From the NCBI GenBank assembly GCA_977017645.1, contig OZ360243.1, positions 28,830,001-28,894,000 on the forward strand: a stretch of DNA of 64,000 nt, written 5' to 3'. The stretch is from Torpedo marmorata. Taxonomy: Eukaryota. Both the position numbers and the translations under genes were made by a program. The notes beneath the pieces are model-generated. The model saw only the letters and a program-made list of their open reading frames with translations. It was not told where the DNA came from and searched no databases. Positions 12,081-25,009 of the stretch are shown in pieces (the first letter of the stretch is position 1; each line of letters opens with the position of its first letter).

Positions 12081-12286
12081 ATATGTTAAAGATCACAAAC
12101 CTGAGGATAAGGTTTACTAAGCTCCACACTCTGGGTGACAATTTATTGGACTCGCGAGTCGAAATCAAAGAAAAATATTACTATGCTATCTACGACATGG
12201 TAGTTCGAGGCAACTGTTTCTGCTATGGGCATGCCAGTGAGTGCGCTCCTGTTCATGAGTCTGATGATCAGGATATAGAAGGGAAG
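12081..12286 (+). CDS. LAMB1: LAMB1 exon (end of LN, start of LE1)
   Basis: ttttgaag|...AAG|gtaaga; [25 protein letters not shown]...[17 protein letters not shown]. Confidence 0.95.
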
Positions 12287-13684
12287 GTAAGAGCTAAAGT
12301 CATTAAAAATAATTTTTAACTTCTGTCGAACTGATGTTCAATATTTTTCATTGCTGTTATCCCCTCTTATACGTTACAGCAAAAAACATTCCGCAGTATT
12401 GGACTTAATTAGGCTACAAAATGTGTGGTCACAACTTTTTCTCTCCAGTCATAAACTGTTGTTGACTCACAATGGAGTTTGCTTTGGAGCTTAATTGAAC
12501 CCAGACAAAACGTTCCCTGACCTGGCTCTGCCATTTCCTGTTCTAGGTCTTCAGACAAAGCTTGAGTTTGAATTCACAAACTCTCAGCAACTCTGGAAGA
12601 TTTTCAACTTCCTGCTGCAGGGGTCAGATTGCAATCTGAAAATATTTCATTCTCAAGCCGATATTTTCTCAATACCATTTTTGATTCTCTTATTTTTCTT
12701 TTCCTGGGTTATACTCCAGCTGTAAGATAAGGATTGCAATTGAATTGCTTCAGGCACTGTTAATATTCTGAACCAGCTGATAAAGATGCAAGCAAGAATG
12801 ACTAAGCGAGGAACTCTCTGTTTCTCTCTTGGCACCTCTGATTTCACTTTCCCGGCTGTTTTGTACCCAATGTCATTAATTCACTTCTTTGACTTAAAAT
12901 GCGATTCTTGTGTAATGTTTTAATACTTGTATTGATCAATAATGTTAACCACAACTTCTTCTTTAATAATACTAAGATACCCTAACATATATTTCATTTT
13001 TAAGACAAAATGCTTGATGGAATTGGAGAAATGCCAACAGAAGCTTAATATTCAACCTTCTTCAATTTAAGAAATTGAATTCTTTCTCCTGCCCAACCCC
13101 TGTTAAAAGTAGATCATAAATTTTATTCATTAAAAATAGAAAATGCTTCCATGTCAGCTAGCATCTGTGGGAAGAGAAACAGAGCTCATGTTGAAGGTTG
13201 AAGACCCTCTGTCAGAGCTAATATCATTCATCTAGAAATTGGCATAGGGAGAAAAATGTTGAAATTACAACCTCATAAAATAATTCCTGAACTGATTACT
13301 TGCATTTCTGATCATATTATTCCTAATATATATCCGCACTGCTTTTTGAGTTCTCTTGAGAAAATAGCTTTGAAACAGGAAGAATTGAGCCTCAGTACAT
13401 GTGCATGACCAGGGATTAGGAGATAAATGAAACAAGCAGCTTCGAATTTACAGTTATTCCTTTTGAGAACTGGCAGAAATAGTCTCTTCTCACTCAAACT
13501 ATTTTAGTGCCTATTTCAATTGCACTTTTCTTTGAACTCTAATAATTCTATAAGATGAAGATTGGACCTGTTGAAATGAAAACTAGTAGTAAGCAGACCA
13601 ATTTTGACCTGTTTCCATTGTGCAGAAACGTCACTGAAATAGTTAATCAGGCAGTGAAATGATTTTTGGAGCATTGTTTTCCAG

Positions 13685-13805
13685 GTACATGGTCGATGTG
13701 TCTGCCGGCACAACACAAAAGGTTTAAATTGTGAGCTGTGTCAAGATTTCCACCAGGATGTCCCTTGGAAACCTGCTGAAGGTCGTAACAGCAATGCTTG
13801 CCAAA
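13685..13805 (+). CDS. LAMB1: LAMB1 exon (LE repeat)
   Basis: ttccag|...A|gtgggt; 121 nt; [40 protein letters not shown]. Confidence 0.94.
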
Positions 13806-15245
13806 GTGGGTTTCAGGTCAAAATATTTCACTTTTGAGAATGAATATGTTCAATTATCAGATTACATTTGCATGCAGCAATATCAATATGTTTAAAACAC
13901 AAAATAAGTGGGGTTTGCAATGGCTGGCAAGTTTATCCCTAGAGCACAGACTAAAACAGCCTTGTGTTCAATCTGTACTCAATTTATCATCCTTTGAGGT
14001 AATAGTAAGGATGATTGTAAATTGCTGCAGCCATATGGAGGGGCGAAGCAAAGATTTTTCCTGTTGTCCAAACTTCCTTTGAGTGTAAATGTTCAAAGTT
14101 TCAATGACAGCCACCCTTCTTGTGATCCAAACTACTTCCATGCCATGAATGAGAAAAAGATGCCACATGATTTCATTTTGTTTCTCCCCTGTACAAAATC
14201 TACAGCTTGCCCATCTTTCATTTCAATGGCAATTTAACAGGGAATATTGCACTGACGAATAATTTCATAATTTTCTTTAAAAGAAAATACAGTAATTGAA
14301 TTTTTGTTGCAGTTAAATAAAAACAAGCAAAGCAACAAATAACGCTCATATTAGGCACTGCTAGAACTTAGTAAAATGTTCTAAACTGATCTTTTTGTGA
14401 TGCTTTAATTAACTTTTTAATGAATAATGCTTTTGCATAACCGCGTACCCTGCCAATTAGTGAAATCATGGTAGCATTCGAACCACTCCTAACTTTACCC
14501 CACACAAAACAATATTCTTTGATTCTTCTTCAGAAGCCAGCAGATAAGTTGTTTTACTATGTGATGGTTTTATTTAAATAATAAATGATGCTGTTGTTTG
14601 AAAAAAATGTGGGAAGTATTGTGTTTGTTTCCTGCTCCCTTTCACAATCCAGGAGTGCCGAGGCTTCCTTGCTGTCATGTATCTGGCTGGCATTTGTTTC
14701 GCAGATGATAAATAGGTACTTGGGAAGTATTTGATGGTGTGCTAAAGAAAGTAGTGCTTCCTGGGTTCGTGCCTTACTAAGAAAATAAGAATGCTAATAA
14801 AAAGCACGATGGGCAACATTTTGTGGGTGCATTGACTGAGTTTGAAAATAGATTTAATGATTCATTCAATACTTTTTGATTCTATCCTGAGTATTCCCAT
14901 TGCATATTTATCTGATTAAATGTGTTTTAGCCAGAGCAGATTGTATTACCATAATGAAATGTAATTTGCACAACCTAAAATCTTGGTTTGTTATTCCACC
15001 TCGTCATTACTTTTATAGCTATTCAAGGGACTTCAAATAAACCTCATTCAGACAAAAATAAGTTCACCTAAACTTGTAGATGTTGGTAAGCTATGTGTAA
15101 CAAGAGTGTAATCCCTTCACCATCATATGGGTAGTCAGAACTACATGTGTATTGATTTTTTATTTTATTTTAATGCTATGATCCTATTTATATTTTGAAA
15201 TTTATCCAACATATTAAATTAGTCTTTCTGCACCTTGAATTTCAG

Positions 15246-15434
15246 GGTGTAGCTGCAATGGACATGCTGATAAATGTCACTTTGACATGGCCTTATATTT
15301 AGCCTCTGGTAATGTCAGTGGTGGTGTTTGTGATGGCTGTCGAAATAATACAATGGGACACCACTGTGAACAATGTAAACCTTTCTACTACCAGCATCCA
15401 GAACGAAGTATTCGTGCTGGTGACATCTGTGAGC
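15246..15434 (+). CDS. LAMB1: LAMB1 exon (LE repeat)
   Basis: tttcag|...C|gtaagt; 189 nt; [53 protein letters not shown]. Confidence 0.95.
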
Positions 15435-15889
15435 GTAAGTACTGCTACTTGATACACCGTGACCTGCGTGCAAGAAGTGAATGAGACTGATCCACTTGAT
15501 TTTTTTTATGGTAGCTCTCTTCAAGAGTTTTAAATGGAATATTTGCTTTTGGGTATTCTTTCCACAATATTTCTGATAAATTATCTTTCTTGTCCAGCTT
15601 CTTGAAACATTCAGAAATTTTAAATTACATGTTCGGTGTATAAAGATAAGGTTTTGATATGACAAATTCAGATTTTGTTGCCATAAAGTTTGTCATTTCA
15701 TAATTTGTATGGAAAAAATGAATTGAGCATAATTAGAATTTATTAATTTGCTGCCATTTTTGTAAACCTGGATTTAAAAAGTAGTTTGAGCTACAAAATC
15801 AGTTAACTTCAATTTTTTGGATGAATAAATCAATCACAGTTTGTTATACATTGTAGGTGTAATATTCTTTAATCTCCTTTCTAATGCAG

Positions 15890-16069
15890 CCTGCAACTGT
15901 GACCCTGCTGGATCTTTGAATGGTGGAATTTGTGATAGTTACACAGATTTAACAGCTAATCTCATATCAGGGCAGTGTCGCTGTAAGCTAAATGTTGAAG
16001 GTGAACGCTGTGATTTGTGCAAAGAGGGTTTCTTTGGACGATCTGCCGATGATCCAGTGGGATGTCAAC
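15890..16069 (+). CDS. LAMB1: LAMB1 exon (LE repeat)
   Basis: atgcag|...C|gtaagt; 180 nt; [19 protein letters not shown]...[22 protein letters not shown]. Confidence 0.95.
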
Positions 16070-16493
16070 GTAAGTAGTTGTCTGTTTTTGAAAATTAACC
16101 TGTAATTCATTTTCCACATTTTAATTTTGCATCTTGCTTCCTTCCGTTGCTTGATTCTAGGATTGCAGAAATGTGTTTAAGAAAGGTATAGTTAATAATA
16201 GTTATTTTTAAGTAGAGAATTATATTTGTTTGAAAATGGATAAAAAATTATGAAGAATTGATTTGGAATATCAGCAGGTTTAATCATACTTTCACCGGCA
16301 GATTTCAAATACAATTTCAGTGCCCATACAGTAGAACCAGAACTGTTTTGAAGGAGTTTTCCTTCAATGCAGATATAATTAGCAGACCCCATAATGTTAA
16401 AGAATTATATTGTAAACTGTAATGACCATAAAAATATTTTTAAGAGCCACCTGATGTACAATGGTAGATAGCTTGGGGGATAAAATGTCGGAG

Positions 16494-16735
16494 TGAAACA
16501 CGAAAGTATGCAGACGCTGTGATTGTAGTAAAAACACAGAAATGCTGGAGAAAAAGATTTGTAACTGATGTTTCGGGCCTGAGCCCTTCTTTCTTTCCTT
16601 CTCCCCAGCTTTTTAATTCGGGCACCTGCCTGCTTTTTACTTGTACCTTGAAGAGCTCTGGCCCGAAACATCATGTAGATATTTTTACCTCCTGTGGACA
16701 CTGCGAGACATGTTGAGTTCCTCCAGCATCATTGG
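16494..16735. mobile_element. Inverted pair of Penelope-type 3' termini (MER6-like short element)
   Basis: gatgtttcgggcctgagccc ... gagctctggcccgaaacatc and tgctggag ... ctccagca inverted. Confidence 0.6.
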
Positions 16736-17752
16736 GAGAAAATATTGGGTACATTTAGGAACTCAGTTTCTGAAAGTCAAGAATTGTGTTTGCGTTAGAG
16801 TGGAAGAGGGGGAAAAACTTGTGCCTTGATCGAGCAGAACTGAACTGTTTTGGATTTTTCATGAGTTGAACAAACATCTTTCTCGTGTTTTGTTCACGTG
16901 GAAGGAACTTCCCAGAAAATTTTCAGTTGCTGGTTTCCTTTTGTTGGTTTCTTATGAAAATTGAATGGTAAAACATAGAGTAATGAATGCAGTAAGAATG
17001 GGTAAACTAGTAAAAACTGAACTGGCGAAAGTTTCACTGCAATGAAATTTCCTAGTTTGTAAAAGAAAAGTTTCTGCAAAGGATTAAATGTTGGAGTTGT
17101 GCCTGCAGTTTCTGCCCAAGCCTGTCATTTGGAAAGACTTGAACTCTTTAAGCTTGGTTTGAGTATTACTAGTGAGCTCAAGCACCAGGCAAATGTTCTA
17201 CAACTACTCGCCTTGCTTCTTGTGGCTTCCATGCAAATTCAACTGGCAGGTGTTGCCTTTTGTGATGAGGTAGCAGCGTGGGTGGTCTGATGTGAAGAGG
17301 AGCAGGTGGGTAGAAATACTCTGGGTTAAATGAATCTTTTATAATTCCCTTGCCTATTAAAAACAATCTTAAAATGTTAGTTTATTTCCAGAAAGGCCTT
17401 TGACTGTCTTCAGTATTAGTCTGCTCCACACCGAGTGTGGCTGTAGTATACATATCCATTTGAAAAACACAATCTTAAGCTTACAGCTGGTGTTGAGTAG
17501 TAATTGACATGTTTAATTGCGCCTCAGCCTGGTTTGGAAGTGAATAGAAGCTGCCCAGAATTTTAAAAAGGTAAGCAATTGATATTCATTGTGTCCAATA
17601 TATTTTTATCCCTCAGCTATGTATTATTCTGGTGAGATGCAGCCAGCTGAGAGTTAAAATTCTCACTCCAGCCTCAGGAATTATTTAAAACCTTATCTTA
17701 GTTGCTGATAATTGTTTGAAAAATTAGTCTATTACTTTGTTTGGTCGTTTAG

Positions 17753-17865
17753 CCTGTGCCTGCAACCATTTGGGAACGCATCCAGGAGGATCTCCGTGTG
17801 ATGATGCAACAGGAAGCTGTTTCTGCAAACGTCTGGTGATGGGAAAGAACTGCGACCAGTGTCTG
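17753..17865 (+). CDS. LAMB1: LAMB1 exon (LE repeat)
   Basis: gtttag|...CTG|gtaagt; 113 nt; [37 protein letters not shown]. Confidence 0.94.
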
Positions 17866-19034
17866 GTAAGTGAAAAACCACAAAAAAGCTAAAGAGGATT
17901 CTTGGCTTTTATAACAATGTTCAATGATATGGGAAAGTACATGGATGACAATCTAGAAAACTTCAAGTTGGAATAGGTTCAGAATTGCTGGACAAAATTT
18001 GAAAGATGAACTGAAAAATGTTTTCAGTTTAATTTAACTAATTTTAAATTGTGTTTTGAAATCTGACACAGATGAGGTATTGGGTTGACTCCATAAATGT
18101 TTGTACGGGAGGAGTGCAGGACGAAGAATACAAGTTCTTTGAGAGATGAGTCATCTAACTTTGAATCCTGGTACCTTGTTAAGATCCTTGGAATAAGTCC
18201 CCAGGATTGAGTGCTCATTAAATCAGCTCTAAACAATGTAATGACAAACATTGTATGTATTAAGATGCTGATTAAAGCTGCTGTTTTGGAAACTGGCATG
18301 GACCCCTGCCTGCTCCTTTGTTGCTGTATTAGGAACCTTCATCCAACCCAGTAATGCGTTGCTCGCTACCTGATGTGGGGATTGCTGGTGTTGCGTGGGC
18401 CAGAGGGAGTGGTATGGCGACTCAGCAATGAAATGTGGGGTTCAGAGCTGCTCCTTGGATTGCTCAATTATTATGGGCCATTGCTGGGGACTGTCAGGTG
18501 TATATGCGTGTATGCGTGCGTGCGTGTACGTCTTTTGGAAAGCTGCTTGGATCTGACAATCTCTTCTTGGCAGTCTCTCCATCTGGGCAAAAAAGATCCC
18601 TGCAGGAAAACAGAGGGGTGGACAACAGCTTCTATCACTGGCAGCATGAGGTGCTGAGAGAGAGGGAGGCCAAAGGATCCACATGCTCTGTCAACAATGA
18701 GCAGGTGCCATCACTCCCCCACAATGGCTCACACTCACCGTGTCAGCTAAGATGCAACTGAGGGCCCCACATCCCAGTGCTCATGCTTGCCAAACAACCT
18801 CTGCACATTGAACAGTCTGTACTTAGTTTGGGGGATAAAGAATTTTTAAAGGGGGGCAGTGAGCAATGTGATATATGTCTTGCTTTAACAGTACAGTGGG
18901 GAACATGCTTGTAAGTTTTCAAACTCCAGTACATGGAAAGCCTCCTGACATCTGTGGGTCTGAGATGACGTAATCCAGAATGTGGAATAGAACTGTGCTT
19001 CAAATCCACTCACCCCTCAAGACTTATTTGTAGA

Positions 19035-21135
19035 CAGGTAGTCCTCGACTTACGACCGTAATTGGGACCGAAGGATTGGTCGTAACTCGGATTGGTCATA
19101 AGTCGGATTCACCCTACCGCGCATGTCTTAACGAGGTCTTAAAGCAATTTTTCAAAAACATTTTCAACAAATGAACCTTTAATGAAGAATCTCAACATAT
19201 GTACAGTATTTTTAATACAAAATATGTACTGTACCTCTACTTGAACTTGATCCCATCACTGCACTTGTACTGGTACTTGGCTGTGGCTCCTCACAGTCTT
19301 CTTCATGGGTTGATGGGCAGGGGGTTGATGAAGGACATTTGAAGAACATGCCTAAATTCGTTTGCACCGTTTGTTTCTTTTTTCATCGTAAATTTGACGA
19401 TAACTTAAAGCATCCTGAATTTGACAATTAATCTTGGAAAATCTTTCAACATTCTGGTCCATGCTTTCAAACTCGGCAAGGGCCTTATTCATTTGTGAAA
19501 ATACATTGGACAACCCCTTAACGGTGAACCTCTTCTGTGGTTCCTCATCCTCTTTCTCTTCCTCTTTCCTCTTTTCCTCCTCCGCAATGCGTTCTTCTTC
19601 TAATTTGATTAAGTCCTCATTGGTCAATTCCTTTGATTCAAGATCTAATAACTCTTCCACATCTTCAACGTCGACTACCAATTCAAGATCCCTTGCGAGC
19701 GTCACAATGTTCTCTCTAATCTCGTCAAGTTACATCCTCCTCATTCAAGCTTGTGTGAACGTAGCGTTTGAGACATTTTTTCCAACTTCCATTCGTGCAT
19801 CTTCCTGTAACATTCTCCCGTGCTGCCGCGATGTTCTTGATGCAATTAAGAATGCTGTAACCTTTCCAAAAATCACGTAACAATGCTTGATCACTGTCGG
19901 TTGCTGCTATGGCCTGCGCAAATGTTGAGCGAACGTAATGAGCTTTAAAAGTCGCAATCGCCCTTTGGTCCATAAGCTGAATGATAGAAATTGTGTTTGG
20001 TGGCAGAAATATCACGTTAACATCGGGATTAAGGTCCGACAAATGAGGGGGATGTCCAGGCGCGTTATCTAAGATTAATAGAATCTTGAAAGTGAAACTA
20101 TTTTCTAAACAATATTGCCGAACATTTGGAATGAAACAGTTAGCAAACCAGTCTTCAAACAAGGCCCTAGTCATCCAGGCTTTGGGGTTGGATCTGTAGT
20201 GGACAGGCAGGGTGTGCTTGTTAATGTTTTTGAATGCACGTGGGTTCTCGGAGCGGTAAATCAGGAAAGGCTTCATCTTAAAACCAGCAACATTACCTCC
20301 CAGTAACATGGTCACTCGATCCTTAAATGCTTTAAATCCCGGCATCATGCAAGCTTCTTTATGGATGTACGTTCGTTATGGCATACTCTTCCAAAAAAGT
20401 TCCGTTTCATCCACATTGAAAATGTGCTCTGGTTGATAACCGCCATCACGGATTAACTCATCCAGACTTTCAGTGAACTTTTTGGCAGCTCCTTCATCAG
20501 TACTTGCTGCTTCACCTGAGACTCGTACGTTGTGCAAGCTGTACCTTCTTTTAAATCTACTAAACCAGCCATTACTTGCCATGAAGCTCCCAATGTACTC
20601 CTCTCCCGCTCGCTCCTTCAATGTCTCAAAAAGACTTCTAGCCTTCGTCTGAATCGTCCTTAAATTCAGTGGCATGCGTTTCTGAATCAGGTCTTCCAAC
20701 CGCACCATTAATAACTTCTCCATCTCGTGAATGGGCCCTTGCCATTGCTTAGTTAAAATTGTGCTCTTCAAACTTACAGATCCTCTTACAGCCTCACGTA
20801 TTCTCTCTTTATCCTTTAAAATCGTCGACACGGTGGAATGCGCCAACTGTAGACTGCGTGCAATATCATTGACCTTTCTACCTTGGTCATGTTGGTTAAT
20901 GGCTTTCATTTTTTACCTCCAAAGTTATGGTTTTCCTCAGTCTCTAGCAGCCCTATCAGCAAGGGATATATTTTTACTCTTGCCATGTTTCTAGCGCGCC
21001 TACAGAATGGCGACTACGCACATGGCCCTATATTGCGCTATGTTGCGCATGCGCAGGTGCGTATTTTTAAAAAGAAATTTGGTTGTAAGTGCGGGTGGAC
21101 GTAACTCGCGTAGGTCGGAAGTCGAGGACTACCTG
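19035..21135 (-). mobile_element. Tigger (pogo) DNA transposon, full-length, disrupted transposase
   Basis: 23-bp TIRs caggtagtcctcgacttacgacc / ggtcggaagtcgaggactacctg|TA; CENP-B HTH (FMASNGWFSRFKRR) and DDE motifs FNVDET, LILDNAPGH, QLMDQ; in-frame stops. Confidence 0.93.
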
Positions 21136-21471
21136 TACACGTTTGAATTGCATTGTCAAACTGAGAAAGATGCTGACTTCTGCATTCTTTCATCTTTAAA
21201 TAAAAAGTAATGAGAGACACCAGTATTTAAGAACTGATAATAATACTGTGCTGATTGAGGTTCAATGAAAAGTTTCTCGATTGTTTTCCTGATCCCATAT
21301 TGAGTCCAAAATAGGCATTTTTATATTTGTACAGTAATGTCGTTTTTGTAAATCACTCTTCTGATGTATTGTCCTTCAGTGAATTGATTGAGTTGTATCA
21401 TATGGTAACATACACAATTTCCTTTATTCAATGTCGTCATGAGTTTGAAACTAAAACTGTTTGTTTTACAG

Positions 21472-21551
21472 CATCAACACTGGGGACTAAGCAACGATCT
21501 CGATGGGTGTCGTCCTTGTGATTGTGACCTAGGGGGCTCCTACAATAATGA
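21472..21551 (+). CDS. LAMB1: LAMB1 exon (LE repeat)
   Basis: ttacag|...GA|gtatgg; 80 nt; [26 protein letters not shown]. Confidence 0.94.
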
Positions 21552-21996
21552 GTATGGCCTGGTTATTAATTTAGAATGCTGAATTTGAGTTCACAGTAAC
21601 TTCTAATTATTACAATGGTTTGACAAGAAGCAAACATCTCAAATTGCTGAGAAGTTATTATCTCTGGCTATTTGCTTATCATAGCTGAATGGTAACTGAA
21701 TGAGTAATGACAATGTTTTGCCAACTCCTTGAATTGTGATTAACTGCTTTAATAAGTTAAAGCATAATTTATTTTCGCATACCATTTAAGGAAATATATT
21801 ACTCCTAACTGATCCTTTTTTTTTTGCAAGTGACTTGTTCCTGTTGACATTTATTTTAATGGTCAGTAATCTTTGATACTGTTTTCAAATGGACATTTTA
21901 TACCTAAAATAGTGAATTGCATTCACTAATTTGCGTTAATATGTGCATTATTGTTGTTTATTAGCAAGTTGAGCATTTAAGATTTGACAAAATGTA

Positions 21997-22440
21997 CCGT
22001 ATATGCTGTCGTATAGGACAAAACCTAAAAATTTCACCTTAAAATCAGGGGTCGTCCTATAAGCCGGGTCTAAAATCCGTACCTTGACGGCAAAGTCTCA
22101 ACACCACTGCCATCTTCCCGCCGGCTCCAACGCAATCTCGCGCGTGCCTGTTAATTTTTTGCGAAGTCTCAGCGCTCCTTCGCAGGGTCCATCTGCTCAG
22201 GCCTGTTACAGGAATCGACAGTGGTTTATTTTAAAATATTCAAATAAAATTGAAACCTTTACATGGTAATTTGTTGTTTAAATATTGTGATTTGCTTTTA
22301 ACAGCATCCACTGGTCAGCGGTAAGTGCCAGATTTGGGGTGGTGTCGTCTTATACAAAGGGTATCACTGAAAACCTACATTTTAGGTGGAAATTCCAGGG
22401 TCGTCCTATATTGAGTCATCCTATACAACGGCATATACGG
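21997..22440. mobile_element. pogo/Passer-type MITE
   Basis: TA|ccgtatatgctgtcgtataggac ... catcctatacaacggcatatacgg|TA. Confidence 0.85.
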
Positions 22441-22825
22441 TATCTATTTTGGTGATAATGCTGCTAGAACAATGTCAGATTTGAGTGCGATGGAGATAAA
22501 AGACTGTAGATGCTAGAATCTGGAATTTTTAAAAAAACTGCTGGAGGAACTCAGTGGGTCAGGTAGCAACTGTGGAAGGAAATAGATAATTGACCCACAA
22601 AGTATCTACCGGTAATTAGACTAACTTTTGCATTGGGCATATACAGACTTGAGTTTCTATTTGATTCTGTTGAGGAGCAATCTGTTGCAGCTGGCAGAAA
22701 CATTCACAGAAACATATCTGAATTAATACTTAGTTTAAATGAGGTGTTCATGTATGTACATAGATTAGTTATGAAGATTTGATTAAAGATTATGAAAAGC
22801 AAACTGATTTTTTTTCTCTCTGCAG

Positions 22826-22961
22826 CTGTTCAGCGGAGACAGGCCAGTGTCCCTGCAAGGAGCATATGGTTGGGCGTCGCTGCAACGAGGTTGAATCTGG
22901 GTTTTACTTTATAGCACTGGACCATTACACACATGAAGCGGAGGAAGCTGAGCTGGGTCCT
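22826..22961 (+). CDS. LAMB1: LAMB1 exon (LE5 / start of domain IV)
   Basis: ctgcag|...CCT|gtaagt; 136 nt; [45 protein letters not shown]. Confidence 0.95.
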
Positions 22962-23016
22962 GTAAGTTTGGTGGACTGAGCAAAGATGTTCATGTATGGT
23001 GTTCATTACTTTAGAC

Positions 23017-23391
23017 AAGTGGTTTTCAAACTGCTCCCCTAAACTCACATTCCACCTTAAGCAATCCCTATGCCATAAGTGCTCTGTGATTAGTAAGGGA
23101 TTGCTTAAGGTGGTATGTGAGTGGAAAGAAAAAGTTTGAAAACCACTGTTTTAATCGTACCTAATTGACTCGTTATGCGCACGGTTTCATAACTCCAAAG
23201 GAAATGGGCCAATGACAATTTTTCTCAAGCAAAATATTTCAGTAACAATTGGGTCTAGAGCAGTGGTTCTCAACTTTCCCTTCCCACTCACATACCACCT
23301 TAAGCAATCCCTTACCCATCACAGAGCACTTATGGCATAGGGATTGCTTAAGGTGGAATGTGAGTTTAGGGGGGCAGTTTGAAAACCACTG
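23017..23391. mobile_element. Compound hAT MITE (two inverted ~131-bp units)
   Basis: Perfect 8-bp TSD CTTTAGAC (23009-23016/23392-23399); units 23017-23148 and 23261-23391 each bounded by (c)agtggtt.tcaa / ttgaaaaccactg. Confidence 0.88.
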
Positions 23392-23426
23392 CTTTAGACC
23401 AATGCCATGGCATTCATTCTTTGCAG

Positions 23427-23585
23427 GGAGTTACTATAATACAGCGACGATATCCACAAGATCGTTCTCCAAGCTGGACAGGAATTGGATTTGCACGTGT
23501 TCCTGAAGGTGCATATCTGGAATTCCACATAAACGACATTCCGTATTCTATGGAATATGACTTGTTGATTCGCTATGAACCGCAG
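23427..23585 (+). CDS. LAMB1: LAMB1 exon (domain IV)
   Basis: ttgcag|...CAG|gtgagt; 159 nt; [33 protein letters not shown]...RYEPQ. Confidence 0.95.
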
Positions 23586-23664
23586 GTGAGTAATCTTCAG
23601 TTATCAAGATGCTCATTCTAATAAAAAAAATGAGCATGAATGTAATGAGATTCTTTCTGTTCAG

Positions 23665-23792
23665 CTGCCAAAGAACTGGGAAGAGGCAAAAATAACAGTG
23701 TTGCGACCTGGTGAGATTCATACCGGAAGTCGATGTGTGAATACTACTCCTGATGATGACAATCAAGTGTTCTCTATACCTTCAGGATCAAG
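23665..23792 (+). CDS. LAMB1: LAMB1 exon (domain IV)
   Basis: gttcag|...AG|gttgga; 128 nt, after a 79-nt intron; LPKNWEEAKITVLRPGEIHTGSRCVNTTPDDDNQVFSIPSGS. Confidence 0.93.
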
Positions 23793-23899
23793 GTTGGAAT
23801 AAATGACTTTTTTTGTTTATAGTTTTGGGTTTTATACTTTCAGAGTAAAAAAAAAACCACAAAAAAACCATATTTAGAAGTGAATATAAAATTATAAGA

Positions 23900-24540
23900 A
23901 ATTTCTAATCCACACACGTTGGGCTAACTCCACACATTGATGGTAAAGGTGAGGCAGCAACTTGCATGCAACTTGTCCAATCTAATCTATTGCACTTAGT
24001 GTGACCGTCACTACATCAGTGAGACCAAATGCAGATTGGGAGACTGCTTCGAGAACCTGCGCTCTGTCTCTTGGTCCCAGCTGGAACTCCCAATTGCCAG
24101 CCATTTTAATTCCCTTCACTATTCCCACACGGACATGTCTGTCATCAGTCTTGTCTGTTGCTAGTGTGTGGATAAAATTAAATTTGAGAAACAATGTATC
24201 ATATTTCTCCTGGACACCCTTAAACTGAATGACGTGAACATTGAATCTTCCCATTTTAGATAACTCCCACCTCTATCTCATAATGCTGTTTCCATGTCTA
24301 CCTGCTCCCATTCTTTCTTTTCTCTTTAACCTTCCCACCCTTCCTGCGGTGGTCTCTTTTTCCTGTCTCTCCCACCTTCTTCTGTCGAGTACCCTATCCT
24401 TGGCCCGTTCCCCCTTTTTTTCCTGCCATTATATATTTTGTATCTCCCCTTCCCACATTAGTGTCAATAAAGGGTTCCAACATTGACCATTCCATCCACG
24501 AATGCCGTCTGACCCAATGAGTTACTCTAGCCTCTCTTTG
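23900..24540 (+). mobile_element. Old Penelope-like 3' fragment
   Basis: Degenerate GIY-YIG region (tacatcagtgagaccaaatgcagattgggagac, gccagccattttaattccc), pyrimidine-rich tract and tail. Confidence 0.7.
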
Positions 24541-24567
24541 TTCACATTGGTAATGATGTTCTTCTAG

Positions 24568-24688
24568 GTATGTGGTTCTGCCTCGACCTGTATGCTTTGA
24601 GAAAGGACTGAACTACACCATCCGGTTAGAATTAACAACATATTCTTCAGATGATGAAATGAAGATTCCATATACTTTTATTGATTCG
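24568..24688 (+). CDS. LAMB1: LAMB1 exon (domain IV)
   Basis: ttctag|...TCG|gtacgt; YVVLPRPVCFEKGLNYTIRLELTTYSSDDEMKIPYTFIDS. Confidence 0.94.
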
Positions 24689-25009
24689 GTACGTATAATT
24701 AAAATTACATTATTAGAAGCAAATGTTTGAAATTCAAGGGATTGCATGTTTGATCAGTGTAAATATTTCAGTGTGTGGTGTTTTTGTATTTACTCTTGTG
24801 GCAATTGTGCCATGAATTAAGAACACATGCCATTATTGATATAGTGTTTACTAATGTGGATGTGACTGAATTTAATATATAATTTGCATACCTTATTCAT
24901 TTGTTACTCTATCATTTTGACATAGTTGCACAGAAAATGACATGGCTTTCACTTCCAAGTACAAGAAGTATGAAGGTTTTTACTTTTTGTGTCAAAATAA
25001 AAGGAAAAT

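Noticed and set aside
18290-19010. GC-richer block with several short ORFs
   Set aside because: Probably an old repeat, but I could not assign a family or any coding motif.
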